DNA of 15,982 nt from Bdellovibrionia bacterium (GTDB taxonomy: Bacteria > Bdellovibrionota > UBA1018): the NCBI GenBank assembly GCA_045805065.1, contig JBJMMA010000205.1:1-15982 (forward strand). Direction: 5' to 3'. A model generated the notes under the pieces. It searched no databases. It was not told the origin of the DNA and worked only from the letters and a program-made list of their open reading frames with translations. The position numbers and the translations under genes were made by a program. Within the stretch, counting starts at the first letter, position 1. The number at the start of each line of letters is the position of its first letter. Positions 8,734-15,982 of the stretch are shown one piece after another.

Positions 8734-9744
8734 ATGAAGGTATTAGTTGCTGGAGGCGCCGGTTATATTGGAAGCCACGCTGTCAGGAAGCTTTTGAAAG
8801 AAGGCCATGAGGTCATTGTCCTCGATGATTTCTCTCATGGGTATCGGAGCGCCGCTGAGAATGCGGCAAGCGGACTCGAGAGACGCGCGCAAATCATCGA
8901 AGGCAATATCGCGGATCGCGCCCTTCTGACAAATGTGCTTCGCCAGAACAAGATTGAAGCGGTCATGCACTTTGCCGCTTTCATTGAGGTCGGCGAGAGC
9001 GTGGCGGATCCTGCCAAGTATTATAAGAACAACTTCTCAGGTGCGCTTGAGATGATGGAAGCCATGCGTGAAGCTGGCGTTAAGCGTCTGGTTTTCTCAT
9101 CGACTGCCGCTGTCTATGGCAATCCCAAGAAGACACCTATCACCGAGGACCAGGACCTGGCGCCAATCAATCCCTATGGTCGGTCCAAGATGATGGTTGA
9201 GCTTGCGATCGAGGACTATGCGGGCGCTTACGGATTGGGCTACGCTATCCTTCGTTATTTCAATGTTGCGGGAGCTGATCCGGATGGACTGATTGGAGAG
9301 AGCCATGAGCCTGAAAGCCATCTCATTCCAAGAATTCTGGATGCAGCCATCGGGCGCGAAAACGCGATTGGAATTTTTGGTACTGACTATCCGACAAAGG
9401 ATGGAACCTGCGTTCGCGACTATATTCACGTTGAGGATCTTGTCGAAGCTCATATCCTGGCCATGAACGCGATTGAGCCTGGGCAAGGCGACATCTTCAA
9501 TCTGGGAAGCGAAACGGGTTTCACCGTACGTGAAGTGATTGAAGCCTGCGCAAAGGTAACGGGCGTTAAGATTCCTGTTACCGAGAAACCACGAAGAGCC
9601 GGAGATCCGGCCGTTTTGGTGGCCTCAAGCGAGAAGATCAGGAACACGCTCGGATGGAAGCGCAGGTATCCTGACCTCGAGACCATTGTAAGTCATGCCT
9701 GGAACTGGCATCAAAAGCGCCGAGAGCAGAGAAAAGCCTCTTAG
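8734..9744 (+). CDS. galE: UDP-glucose 4-epimerase
   Basis: GGAGYIGSH, HFAAFIEVGESV, FSSTAAVYG, YGRSK, LRYFNVAGA, DGTCVRDYIHVEDL and RRAGDP. SD-like AAGGGA upstream. Confidence 0.96.
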   Translation: MKVLVAGGAGYIGSHAVRKLLKEGHEVIVLDDFSHGYRSAAENAASGLERRAQIIEGNIADRALLTNVLRQNKIEAVMHFAAFIEVGESVADPAKYYKNNFSGALEMMEAMREAGVKRLVFSSTAAVYGNPKKTPITEDQDLAPINPYGRSKMMVELAIEDYAGAYGLGYAILRYFNVAGADPDGLIGESHEPESHLIPRILDAAIGRENAIGIFGTDYPTKDGTCVRDYIHVEDLVEAHILAMNAIEPGQGDIFNLGSETGFTVREVIEACAKVTGVKIPVTEKPRRAGDPAVLVASSEKIRNTLGWKRRYPDLETIVSHAWNWHQKRREQRKAS

Positions 9745-10949
9745 CGAATAGATTGGGCCAAAGGCAGATTGACCCGGATGCGGTTTTGATCCTGCGTCGA
9801 TGCTTCAACCCAGATTTCCCCCTTGTGCGCGTTAATGATCTCCTTAGCCAGGCAGATCGCCAGTTTCGCGCCTCGATTGGGAAGAGACGGGCTTTTGACA
9901 AAGCGGTCAAAGAAGTGGGCAATGTCATCCGATGTGAACGGCGGACCCTGGTCTAAGATCTCGATGCAGAGATACTCAGGCGAGTTTTGCGTCTGAATGG
10001 TAATGACTTTATCTCCGTCCGACCTTCTGGCCATAACCGCAACAAGATCGTTCAAGGACTGCGTGATTCTATCACGATCGCAATTGATCAAAACCGAGTC
10101 CTCACCCACGTGAGTAATTTTAGCGTCAACCTGGTTCGCTACGGCCGTGACTTTCGTTATGACGCTGCTGATGATTTCTCGCGAGCTATAACATGCTAAG
10201 TTTAAGGGGAGGTCGCCCTTTTCTAGTTGGCTCAAGTCGCCAATATTCTGAATAATACCTTTCATGCACTCGGATGAAGTCCTTAACATGTCGAGATTTT
10301 TGTAAAGTCCGGGATTATGCACATCTTTGATCTTCTTGATGGCAAGGTAAGTATTCAGGAGATTCGTGTTGAGCAGATTTTTCAAATCGTGAATAACCAA
10401 GTCAAAGAGCTCTTCTTTTGCTGCCATCATCAATCGAAGATCAATCTCAGCCATGACAGAGTCGGCGATATCAGAGAGCAGCCCGATCTCGTCCTTATGC
10501 CAAATTCGGGGCTTGTGATCGATAACGCAGAAAGAGCCAATGCATTGTCCGTTGGACAGCAGGAGTGGCATGCCCGCGTATGCGATCACATGCAACGCGC
10601 CTACAGCGAGATTTTTCTTAACCAGCGGATGTGCTTCCGCGTCTTCGATCAAAAGAGGTTTCTGAGTATCTACGACATGTCGACAAAAGGAGTACGTGAG
10701 CGGAGTTTCTCGCATCGAAAGCCAGGGTTCGGGTAGCCCAAAGGCGCTTTTAAAGAATTGTCGCTCTCGATCGACTAGAGAAACCAAAGAGACCGGCGCG
10801 TGGATAGTTCGCGCTGCTAAGCTGGTCAGCCGCTCAAACGCTGCTTCGACCGGACCGTCTAAGAGACCCGTATTCACCAAAGCAGATAGCCGACTGGGAT
10901 TTGAGACCGAGTTTGATTTTTGAGCCTTAAGTCCACGTGCATACCCCAT
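9741..10949 (-). CDS. GAF-domain sensor histidine kinase-like protein with degenerate HATPase domain
   Basis: N-terminal GAF (RLSAL...LLD...FERLTSLAAR, SLVSLVD, SFCRHVV, AYAGMPL, IGSFCVID) and H-box HDLKNLL. The C-terminal HATPase-like region (DRDRITQ, DQGPP, FFDRF) has altered N and G2 boxes. No TM segments. The stop overlaps the galE stop. Confidence 0.85.
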   Translation of the reverse strand: MGYARGLKAQKSNSVSNPSRLSALVNTGLLDGPVEAAFERLTSLAARTIHAPVSLVSLVDRERQFFKSAFGLPEPWLSMRETPLTYSFCRHVVDTQKPLLIEDAEAHPLVKKNLAVGALHVIAYAGMPLLLSNGQCIGSFCVIDHKPRIWHKDEIGLLSDIADSVMAEIDLRLMMAAKEELFDLVIHDLKNLLNTNLLNTYLAIKKIKDVHNPGLYKNLDMLRTSSECMKGIIQNIGDLSQLEKGDLPLNLACYSSREIISSVITKVTAVANQVDAKITHVGEDSVLINCDRDRITQSLNDLVAVMARRSDGDKVITIQTQNSPEYLCIEILDQGPPFTSDDIAHFFDRFVKSPSLPNRGAKLAICLAKEIINAHKGEIWVEASTQDQNRIRVNLPLAQSIR

Positions 10950-11018
10950 GTTTTATGGGTCGATGCAAATTAAGATCCTCAGTATTTTCAGGTCGGATTC
11001 CTGCTTGCTCCAAATGGC

Positions 11019-11036
11019 GGAGGTATAGGAGGTATA
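11019..11036 (+). repeat. Perfect tandem 9-mer GGAGGTATA x2
   Basis: Read directly in the divergent intergenic region between the sensor and heme oxygenase genes. Confidence 0.8.
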
Positions 11037-11103
11037 AATGATGCGATCCGTAGCGCAGCTTTTTGCTTGCCGCCTAATGAACCTCTATGCGAGGTTCGTG
11101 GCC

Positions 11104-11703
11104 ATGATTCGTGAGCTACTGCGTGAGCACACTCAGGCATCCCATCAACGACTCGAGCACAAGCTGGACCTTCTCAAAATTGTAGACCTGAACACATATA
11201 GCCGCGTCGTCGCACGATTTTATGGCTTTGTGGAACCGTTAGAAGCAGAGCTCAGCCGAGTGTCTGCCAAGCATTCGATGGTCGGAGTATTGTTCCAAGA
11301 TGAGCGGTTGTCTTTTGCTGAGCGAATGAAGACTCAATGGCTCAAAGCGGATCTAGACTATTTATCACGCCGTCTAGGTGCTTCCTGCAAAGCTTTAGAA
11401 AAGGCGCCTCATTCTGCTCTTCCTTGTTTTAGATCTCCTGCCTCCGTTTTGGGATGTCTATATGTCATGGAGGGATCTACTCTTGGCGGGCAGTTCCTCA
11501 GCGCACATTTTGAAAAGTCCTTAGGTTTGAACTCTGAAGCAGGCTTGAGCTATTTCTCTGGCTATGGCGCTCAGACTGGAAAGATGTGGAGAAGCTTCTT
11601 GTCCTTTTTGGAAGAGCACGCTCAACGTTATCCTGAGTGGACAGATGAGATTCTATCCTCGGCGAACGAAACCTTCGAAAAAATGGAAAATTGGCTGACG
11701 TAA
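11104..11703 (+). CDS. Biliverdin-producing heme oxygenase (BphO/HemO-like)
   Basis: Proximal His motif LREHTQASHQRLE, signature GCLYVMEGSTLGG, YFSGYG..TGKMWRSF and C-terminal ANETF. Start 11104 (GAGG upstream) fits the family length. Alternative starts at 11038/11041 have a strong AGGAGGT. Confidence 0.9.
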   Translation: MIRELLREHTQASHQRLEHKLDLLKIVDLNTYSRVVARFYGFVEPLEAELSRVSAKHSMVGVLFQDERLSFAERMKTQWLKADLDYLSRRLGASCKALEKAPHSALPCFRSPASVLGCLYVMEGSTLGGQFLSAHFEKSLGLNSEAGLSYFSGYGAQTGKMWRSFLSFLEEHAQRYPEWTDEILSSANETFEKMENWLT

Positions 11704-11711
11704 TTCCAGTC

Positions 11712-11733
11712 AAGAGTCATCCCTATGGCTCTT
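11712..11733 (+). terminator. Stem-loop after the heme oxygenase gene (possible terminator or stabilising hairpin)
   Basis: AAGAGTCAT-CCCT-ATGGCTCTT gives a 9-bp stem with one G-U pair, 8 nt after the stop. There is no clear U-tract. Confidence 0.4.
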
Positions 11734-11790
11734 CGGCGCAGGAACAAGGTTCTGGTTCGCCCTTGAATGCGACAATCAGCTTTAGCAGCC

Positions 11791-11807
11791 CTGGGCTCCG
11801 GTTTGCA
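11791..11807 (+). promoter_or_regulatory. Candidate sigma-54 promoter for the SnoaL gene
   Basis: CTGGGCTCCGGTTTGCA has GG-N10-GC spacing with TTGCA at -12, about 48 nt upstream of ATG 11855. Confidence 0.4.
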
Positions 11808-11854
11808 GGATTAAGGCATAGAAATCTTAAATCGAGCAACCTTGAGGAAATCCC

Positions 11855-12382
11855 ATGACGGCGCCACTCATCCAACGTTTTATTGATGCACTTCATAAGA
11901 CTGATCAGTCCCGTGATACCCAGCAAATGGTGGATCTGTTCGCGGATCATTGCGAGATCAGCAATGTCGCGATTAAGCCGATGAGCGGAAAAAAAGGCGT
12001 GGAGCGATTCTGGAACGACTACTGCGCGACTTTCAAGGACGTTAAGACAAACTTCACTCGTGTTTCAGAATCAGACGGCAAAGCCATCCTGGAGTGGGTT
12101 TCAGAAGGAGTGCTTCAGTCAGGCCGTCCGATTGTTTATGAGGGAGTCACTATTCTGGAATGGAGCAACGGGGACCACATCGAGCGATTTAAGGCTTATC
12201 ATGATTCCGCGGCCTTTCTGAAAGAGGGAGGAAAGCATGCTGATGTCACCTCACATGAATCCAACGTGCATCCGATCTCAACGAATAAGGTCATGGAAGG
12301 CGGACCCAAGCGGGATGTCTCAACGCCTGGTGAAGGAGTTCTGACTAGTAGTTTAAAAGATCGTGACGCTGCGACTGGGTGA
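11855..12382 (+). CDS. SnoaL-like / NTF2-family protein
   Basis: 175 aa with the NTF2-like pattern FIDAL...MVDLFAD...GKKGVERFW..Y...F, AILEW.SEG, YEGVTILE and IERFKAYHD. It ends in a ~50 aa polar tail. SD GAGGA upstream. Confidence 0.85.
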   Translation: MTAPLIQRFIDALHKTDQSRDTQQMVDLFADHCEISNVAIKPMSGKKGVERFWNDYCATFKDVKTNFTRVSESDGKAILEWVSEGVLQSGRPIVYEGVTILEWSNGDHIERFKAYHDSAAFLKEGGKHADVTSHESNVHPISTNKVMEGGPKRDVSTPGEGVLTSSLKDRDAATG

Positions 12383-13643
12383 CAGGGACGCGGCTTACGA
12401 CAGGCTCAGTGACGTAAATCCGGCTGAAGCTCAGGGCGAATAGCAGCATGAAGCCGATGAGCTGTGATGAGTTCCACGGCTCAGGCAGCATGATCGGATA
12501 AGCGGCAATTCCTTGCACCTGAATGATTCCGGCAGGGAAATACATCAGCACCAATGATGTGATGGCACATATGCGTCGCCATCCAGGTTGCATCGCTTCC
12601 CAAAGAACCCAGCCCCACACAGGACAAAGAAAGAGTGCCCAGTGCTCCCAGGCGACTGGACTGAATACCAACAGCCAGCTGATAAGAAGTGCGGCCGCAG
12701 CCAGCATATTGATCGGGGTTTGAGCTTCCTTAGGTCTGAGTCGAACAAGCCCGAAAACGACGCAAGTCAGTGCCGCGATCCGAAGATTACTCAGAATTTC
12801 CGAGAGAAACGGCGTCAATGGGCGGCCGTAGGCGCGAGCCAGCATGCCCGCAAGTGTTTGATTGCCTAAGTAAGCCGAAGGACGTGACAAGGTCGGCATG
12901 ATGATGCGGACGTATTCGTAGAATGGCCTTGTGCCCGCAATCAACACAGTAACCGCAAGTATAACTTCCCCCAGTGCCACGCTCCATGCGATCAGACGCC
13001 AACGTCTTGTGACGATAAGCAAGGGTGCAAGCACGAGCGTCGCGTATTTGAGGAGAATGCCCATCACCAAGGCAAGCCCGCCCCGGTAAGTCTGATCGCG
13101 CAGCAGCGCACGCAATAAAATAGCGATACAGAGCGCAATAAAAGGTGTGACGTTCGCAATCCGGATTGATCGGGCAGTCATGGGCGAAAGAACAATGAGC
13201 AGCATCAGGAGGCCTTCCCAGCGGGAGGGCTTTCCAAGAACTTCACGGAGCAGCTCGGCCGAAATCCACGCAACTCCTAAAACGGAAGCAGAAAGCAAAA
13301 GCGTCCAGATCCAGAACGCTTGGACATAAGTCAGAAAAGAGAGCGGAACGAAAGCAAGAGCCGATGGAGGCGGTAGGATAAAGTGAGTGTAATCAGGAGC
13401 GCCTCTTCTTGCGCTCATGAGTACCCAATCGTTCTTGCCGTTGGAGTGCAGCCCTGCATTATCGAGGCTGCCTCTCCAGGGAGTGGGATAAAGGGCATTC
13501 CAATTTCCCATGCCGACGAGAGCTCCACCTGTATAAAACTGACTGAAATCCGGAATGGTAGGACGAAGAATCAATCCTGCCGGGACGGTGACGCTGAGCC
13601 AAAAAAGCGCAATAGTGAAGCAAGTTCGATTGAAGCGAGTCAT
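12345..13643 (-). CDS. GT87 / DUF2029 family membrane glycosyltransferase (GT-C fold)
   Basis: Many hydrophobic segments, with DFSQFY after TM1, FILPPPSALAFVPLS, LLKY, NQTL and SPVAWEHW. The start at 13643 (MTRFN) lies just downstream of the gtrA stop. The longer ORF start at 13781 overlaps gtrA. Confidence 0.8.
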   Translation of the reverse strand: MTRFNRTCFTIALFWLSVTVPAGLILRPTIPDFSQFYTGGALVGMGNWNALYPTPWRGSLDNAGLHSNGKNDWVLMSARRGAPDYTHFILPPPSALAFVPLSFLTYVQAFWIWTLLLSASVLGVAWISAELLREVLGKPSRWEGLLMLLIVLSPMTARSIRIANVTPFIALCIAILLRALLRDQTYRGGLALVMGILLKYATLVLAPLLIVTRRWRLIAWSVALGEVILAVTVLIAGTRPFYEYVRIIMPTLSRPSAYLGNQTLAGMLARAYGRPLTPFLSEILSNLRIAALTCVVFGLVRLRPKEAQTPINMLAAAALLISWLLVFSPVAWEHWALFLCPVWGWVLWEAMQPGWRRICAITSLVLMYFPAGIIQVQGIAAYPIMLPEPWNSSQLIGFMLLFALSFSRIYVTEPVVSRVPVTQSQRHDLLNY

Positions 13644-13663
13644 ACGTGCTGCCTTCAGATTGT

Positions 13664-14071
13664 CTATTGTAGGGCGAAGACGAACTTCTTTCGCATCCCG
13701 AAATTCCAGATCAGAACAAGAAACAGCGCGATAATCTTTCCAAGCATCACGGGGGTCTTGGCCATATCGACCGTCGCCCACATAATGAACTCGGTCAGAA
13801 CCAGGCCTCCCGCGCCGATGAGAGCAAACAGGATCATCTCCTGCCTGTAACGCCCATTGCTCTCAAAAACCCAGGCGATGCTGATGAAGTAATTGACGAG
13901 CAGTCCCAGAAAAAAACCGAGCGCGGCTGCGATCAAATGATTCACCCCGAGGCGCACGCTCAAAAAATAGAGGGTCCCTGCGTCGAATGCAGCCGCCAAT
14001 CCGCCAACAAAAAGGTAGCGTAAGAACTGCAAGGCCGTGCTCTGAGTTTTGCCGATGAATAGGTGTTTCAT
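13664..14071 (-). CDS. GtrA family protein (putative polyprenyl-P-sugar flippase)
   Basis: 135 aa, four hydrophobic helices, with QFLRYLFVGG, NYFISIAWVF and WNFGMRKKFVF. Confidence 0.9.
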   Translation of the reverse strand: MKHLFIGKTQSTALQFLRYLFVGGLAAAFDAGTLYFLSVRLGVNHLIAAALGFFLGLLVNYFISIAWVFESNGRYRQEMILFALIGAGGLVLTEFIMWATVDMAKTPVMLGKIIALFLVLIWNFGMRKKFVFALQ

Positions 14072-14098
14072 GCTTAAGCGGGTTCCTGCTCGGGCCTC

Positions 14099-14114
14099 TG
14101 CATCCCCCGGACCA
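14099..14114 (-). promoter_or_regulatory. Candidate sigma-54 promoter for gtrA-GT87
   Basis: Minus strand TGGTCCGGGGGATGCA has GG-N10-GC spacing, in the intergenic gap about 28 nt upstream of the gtrA ATG. Confidence 0.3.
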
Positions 14115-14127
14115 TTGATTCATTGCG

Positions 14128-14625
14128 CTAGCCAAGCTCTCCCAGATGAGAAAATTCTTTTGTGCAGCTGAAGTCGCAGGGCGGCTGGATTTGAACGTGC
14201 CAGATTTCATCAAACCCCTCGTCTTGTGTTGGCGGGATGAGCTTCTTTGCGGTCGTATAGATGGCAACATCGGGAACGCAGGATTTTCCGTATCGGAACC
14301 GATTCCGTCTCAAATTGTCTCGAATGTCCGATGTGAAATAATAGGCAATGACTCTCGCGCCATATTGCCGACCAATTTCGATGGCCCGCGCTCGATCTTC
14401 GATCGTGGGATTCGTGTTATCCAAGACAACAGAGTGCCCCAAGCTGAGTGCCGCATGCAGAAGTCGCTCCTGGCGAGCGCTTTTTCTGGGTTTGTTTCTC
14501 ATCAGATCTTTGCTGACAATCTGATGGGACTTTTCAAAGTATCGCCGATAGAAAGTGGATTTGCCGGAAGCTTGAATTCCGATGAAGATGACCAGCTCAA
14601 GGGAGCGGGGGGCTGAATGAGGCAT
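14128..14625 (-). CDS. Small P-loop kinase (AAA_33 / polynucleotide-kinase-like)
   Basis: Walker A IGIQASGKST, plus VSKD, VVLDNTN, RRNRFR and EGFDEI. AGGAG lies upstream on the minus strand. Confidence 0.88.
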   Translation of the reverse strand: MPHSAPRSLELVIFIGIQASGKSTFYRRYFEKSHQIVSKDLMRNKPRKSARQERLLHAALSLGHSVVLDNTNPTIEDRARAIEIGRQYGARVIAYYFTSDIRDNLRRNRFRYGKSCVPDVAIYTTAKKLIPPTQDEGFDEIWHVQIQPPCDFSCTKEFSHLGELG

Positions 14626-14659
14626 GTCTGTTGCTCCTGAAGCTTGAGGAGATCAAGCT

Positions 14660-15031
14660 ATGGATAAATCCGATAACATTACAATTCATGAGCCGAAGGG
14701 TGGTCAGGGAGGAACAGCTCGTGGAGGGCATCCAGGCGCAAACCTCGCACCGCCGCTCTCATCTGATCAGATGGATACCTTTCATATTGTCGAGCCTGCC
14801 GGTCACTCAGCCAGTAGCGCACAGCCTGAGCACGTTGTGACGTCTTCTGGTGAAAAGAGCTGGCTTGGCTTGAATAAAAAGTGGGTCGGCATTAGCCTGG
14901 TTGCTACAGGAGCAATGGCGTTGATGTACTTCAGCCGGTCCCATAAACGTTCTGAGATTCAGCAGGAAATACCACGTGGCCGGCCATGGAACATCAACCT
15001 CGATCGACATGAGTCAGGAATGGCAGTCTGA
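14660..15031 (+). CDS. Hypothetical protein with one predicted TM helix
   Basis: SD GAGGAG at 14646-14651. The N-terminus is Gly/Ser/His-rich and polar, followed by the hydrophobic segment WVGISLVATGAMALMYF and basic residues. Confidence 0.6.
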   Translation: MDKSDNITIHEPKGGQGGTARGGHPGANLAPPLSSDQMDTFHIVEPAGHSASSAQPEHVVTSSGEKSWLGLNKKWVGISLVATGAMALMYFSRSHKRSEIQQEIPRGRPWNINLDRHESGMAV

Positions 15032-15974
15032 TAGCGAAACGCTTACTTTGTGCGAGTACAATCTGGAGAATCTTTTTATCTCCATGGAGTATTACGCAGG
15101 CCAGGACTTGAGAACAGTCTCAGAAAATGAGTGGAGAAGTTTTGCGCTTGCTCAGTTTCAGAGAAAGCAAAAGCCCTTATCCAAACTCTTCGGGATTGCA
15201 GAGGCGATTGAGGAGGTCGGTGCGGATATTCTGATGCTGACTGAGGTTGGCGGGAAGGATTCGCTTGAGTTCCTCAATCGCTATTTTCTTCAAGGTCGGT
15301 ACGAGGTCTATTTCGTTGAAGGGAACTCCACTCGCGGCATCGATCTGGGTTTTATGGTCAGAAAGGGTCTGCCCTTTGAGGTTGAAGCGCGATCCAATCG
15401 AGATACACCTGTTGAAGTTCATACGTATCGGGGAAAGTACACGACAAGGTTCTCACGTGATGTTGCGGAACTGAGGCTTTCTCGCAATAAGGTGCTAAAA
15501 TTCATCTTACTGCTTGTTCATCTGAAATCCATGATCAGTACGGAGCAGGATTATAAGGGGAAGGATGTTCGAACAGCTGAAGCGATGGCCTTAGCCGAAC
15601 TTTATCAAAAGTTAAGAGGTGAGCATCCCGCGGTTCCTATCGTGGTGGGAGGCGATTTCAATACCGAACTCTCGAGCTTGGAACTGGAACTTCTACAAAG
15701 AACGGATCTCACCGACTTTCATGATTGTCTCAAGACTCCTTATGAGGAACGAGTATCCCTGGTCCACTTTGAAGTTGATGGGACGCCTCGACCGCACGTG
15801 TTGGACTATCTTTTGATCTCTCCACACCTCTGTGATCGCATCTTGAAAGACAAGTCCTATACCTATCGTTACAAGACCTTTTACAACGTTCCTGAGCCGC
15901 TGCCCGATCAGCCGCAAACAAGATATCGTAATCCTACAGACCATTACCCTTTGTTTCTCACACTTCAAGTTTAA
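15009..15974 (+). CDS. Endonuclease/exonuclease/phosphatase (EEP) family protein
   Basis: EEP motifs YNLENLF, DILMLTEV, HLKS, GGDFN, LDYLL and TDHYP. The ORF is open from 14976. ATG 15009 is preferred because it gives the smaller overlap. Confidence 0.88.
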   Translation: MSQEWQSDSETLTLCEYNLENLFISMEYYAGQDLRTVSENEWRSFALAQFQRKQKPLSKLFGIAEAIEEVGADILMLTEVGGKDSLEFLNRYFLQGRYEVYFVEGNSTRGIDLGFMVRKGLPFEVEARSNRDTPVEVHTYRGKYTTRFSRDVAELRLSRNKVLKFILLLVHLKSMISTEQDYKGKDVRTAEAMALAELYQKLRGEHPAVPIVVGGDFNTELSSLELELLQRTDLTDFHDCLKTPYEERVSLVHFEVDGTPRPHVLDYLLISPHLCDRILKDKSYTYRYKTFYNVPEPLPDQPQTRYRNPTDHYPLFLTLQV

Positions 15975-15982
15975 GTCATTCA

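Noticed and set aside
4200..9744. Conventional O-antigen or capsule locus
   Set aside because: No wzx/wzy/wzm/wzt, initiating transferase or rmlABC is present, and hydrolases are embedded in the cluster. Components outside the window cannot be excluded.
9741..10949. Calling the sensor a bacteriophytochrome
   Set aside because: It is too short and lacks PAS/PHY domains and the DIP and PRxSF motifs.
13644..13781. Extended GT87 start
   Set aside because: It overlaps gtrA. ATG 13643 directly precedes the first TM helix.
14146..14616. 156-aa plus-strand ORF
   Set aside because: It is antisense to the P-loop kinase, which has clear motifs and an SD.
14128..15974. Kinase plus EEP as a nucleic-acid repair or anti-phage system
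   Set aside because: The genes are divergent, with no ligase, Hen1 or other defence partner visible, so there is no support beyond proximity.
1..15982. CRISPR arrays, tRNA/rRNA genes, IS elements or prophage genes
   Set aside because: No spaced repeats, RNA-gene signatures, transposase or integrase were seen, and the intergenic gaps are all short.

Overview
Gene-dense bacterial window, mostly about 50% GC by eye. The organism is unknown, and Bdellovibrionota/Oligoflexia is only a weak impression. No rRNA, tRNA, CRISPR array or mobile element was seen. Bases ~91-9744 hold a tightly coupled + strand sugar cluster: GH2 hydrolase, an M24-fold protein lacking most metal ligands, galK, a GT4-like glycosyltransferase, a GH1-like/RmlD-like fusion, UDP-galactopyranose mutase (glf) and galE. 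It combines furanose-sugar synthesis with hydrolysis and salvage. I saw no signal peptides, exporter or galT in it. Downstream lie a GAF-HisKA sensor with a degenerate ATP-binding domain, divergent from an orphan BphO-type heme oxygenase, then a SnoaL/NTF2 protein, a minus-strand P-loop kinase/GtrA/GT87 module, a small membrane protein and an EEP hydrolase. The best candidate for an undescribed system is the cytoplasmic (galacto)furanose make-and-break cluster. Its notable parts are the metal-free M24 enzyme, the hydrolase-reductase fusion and a mutase with Asn at a known specificity position.
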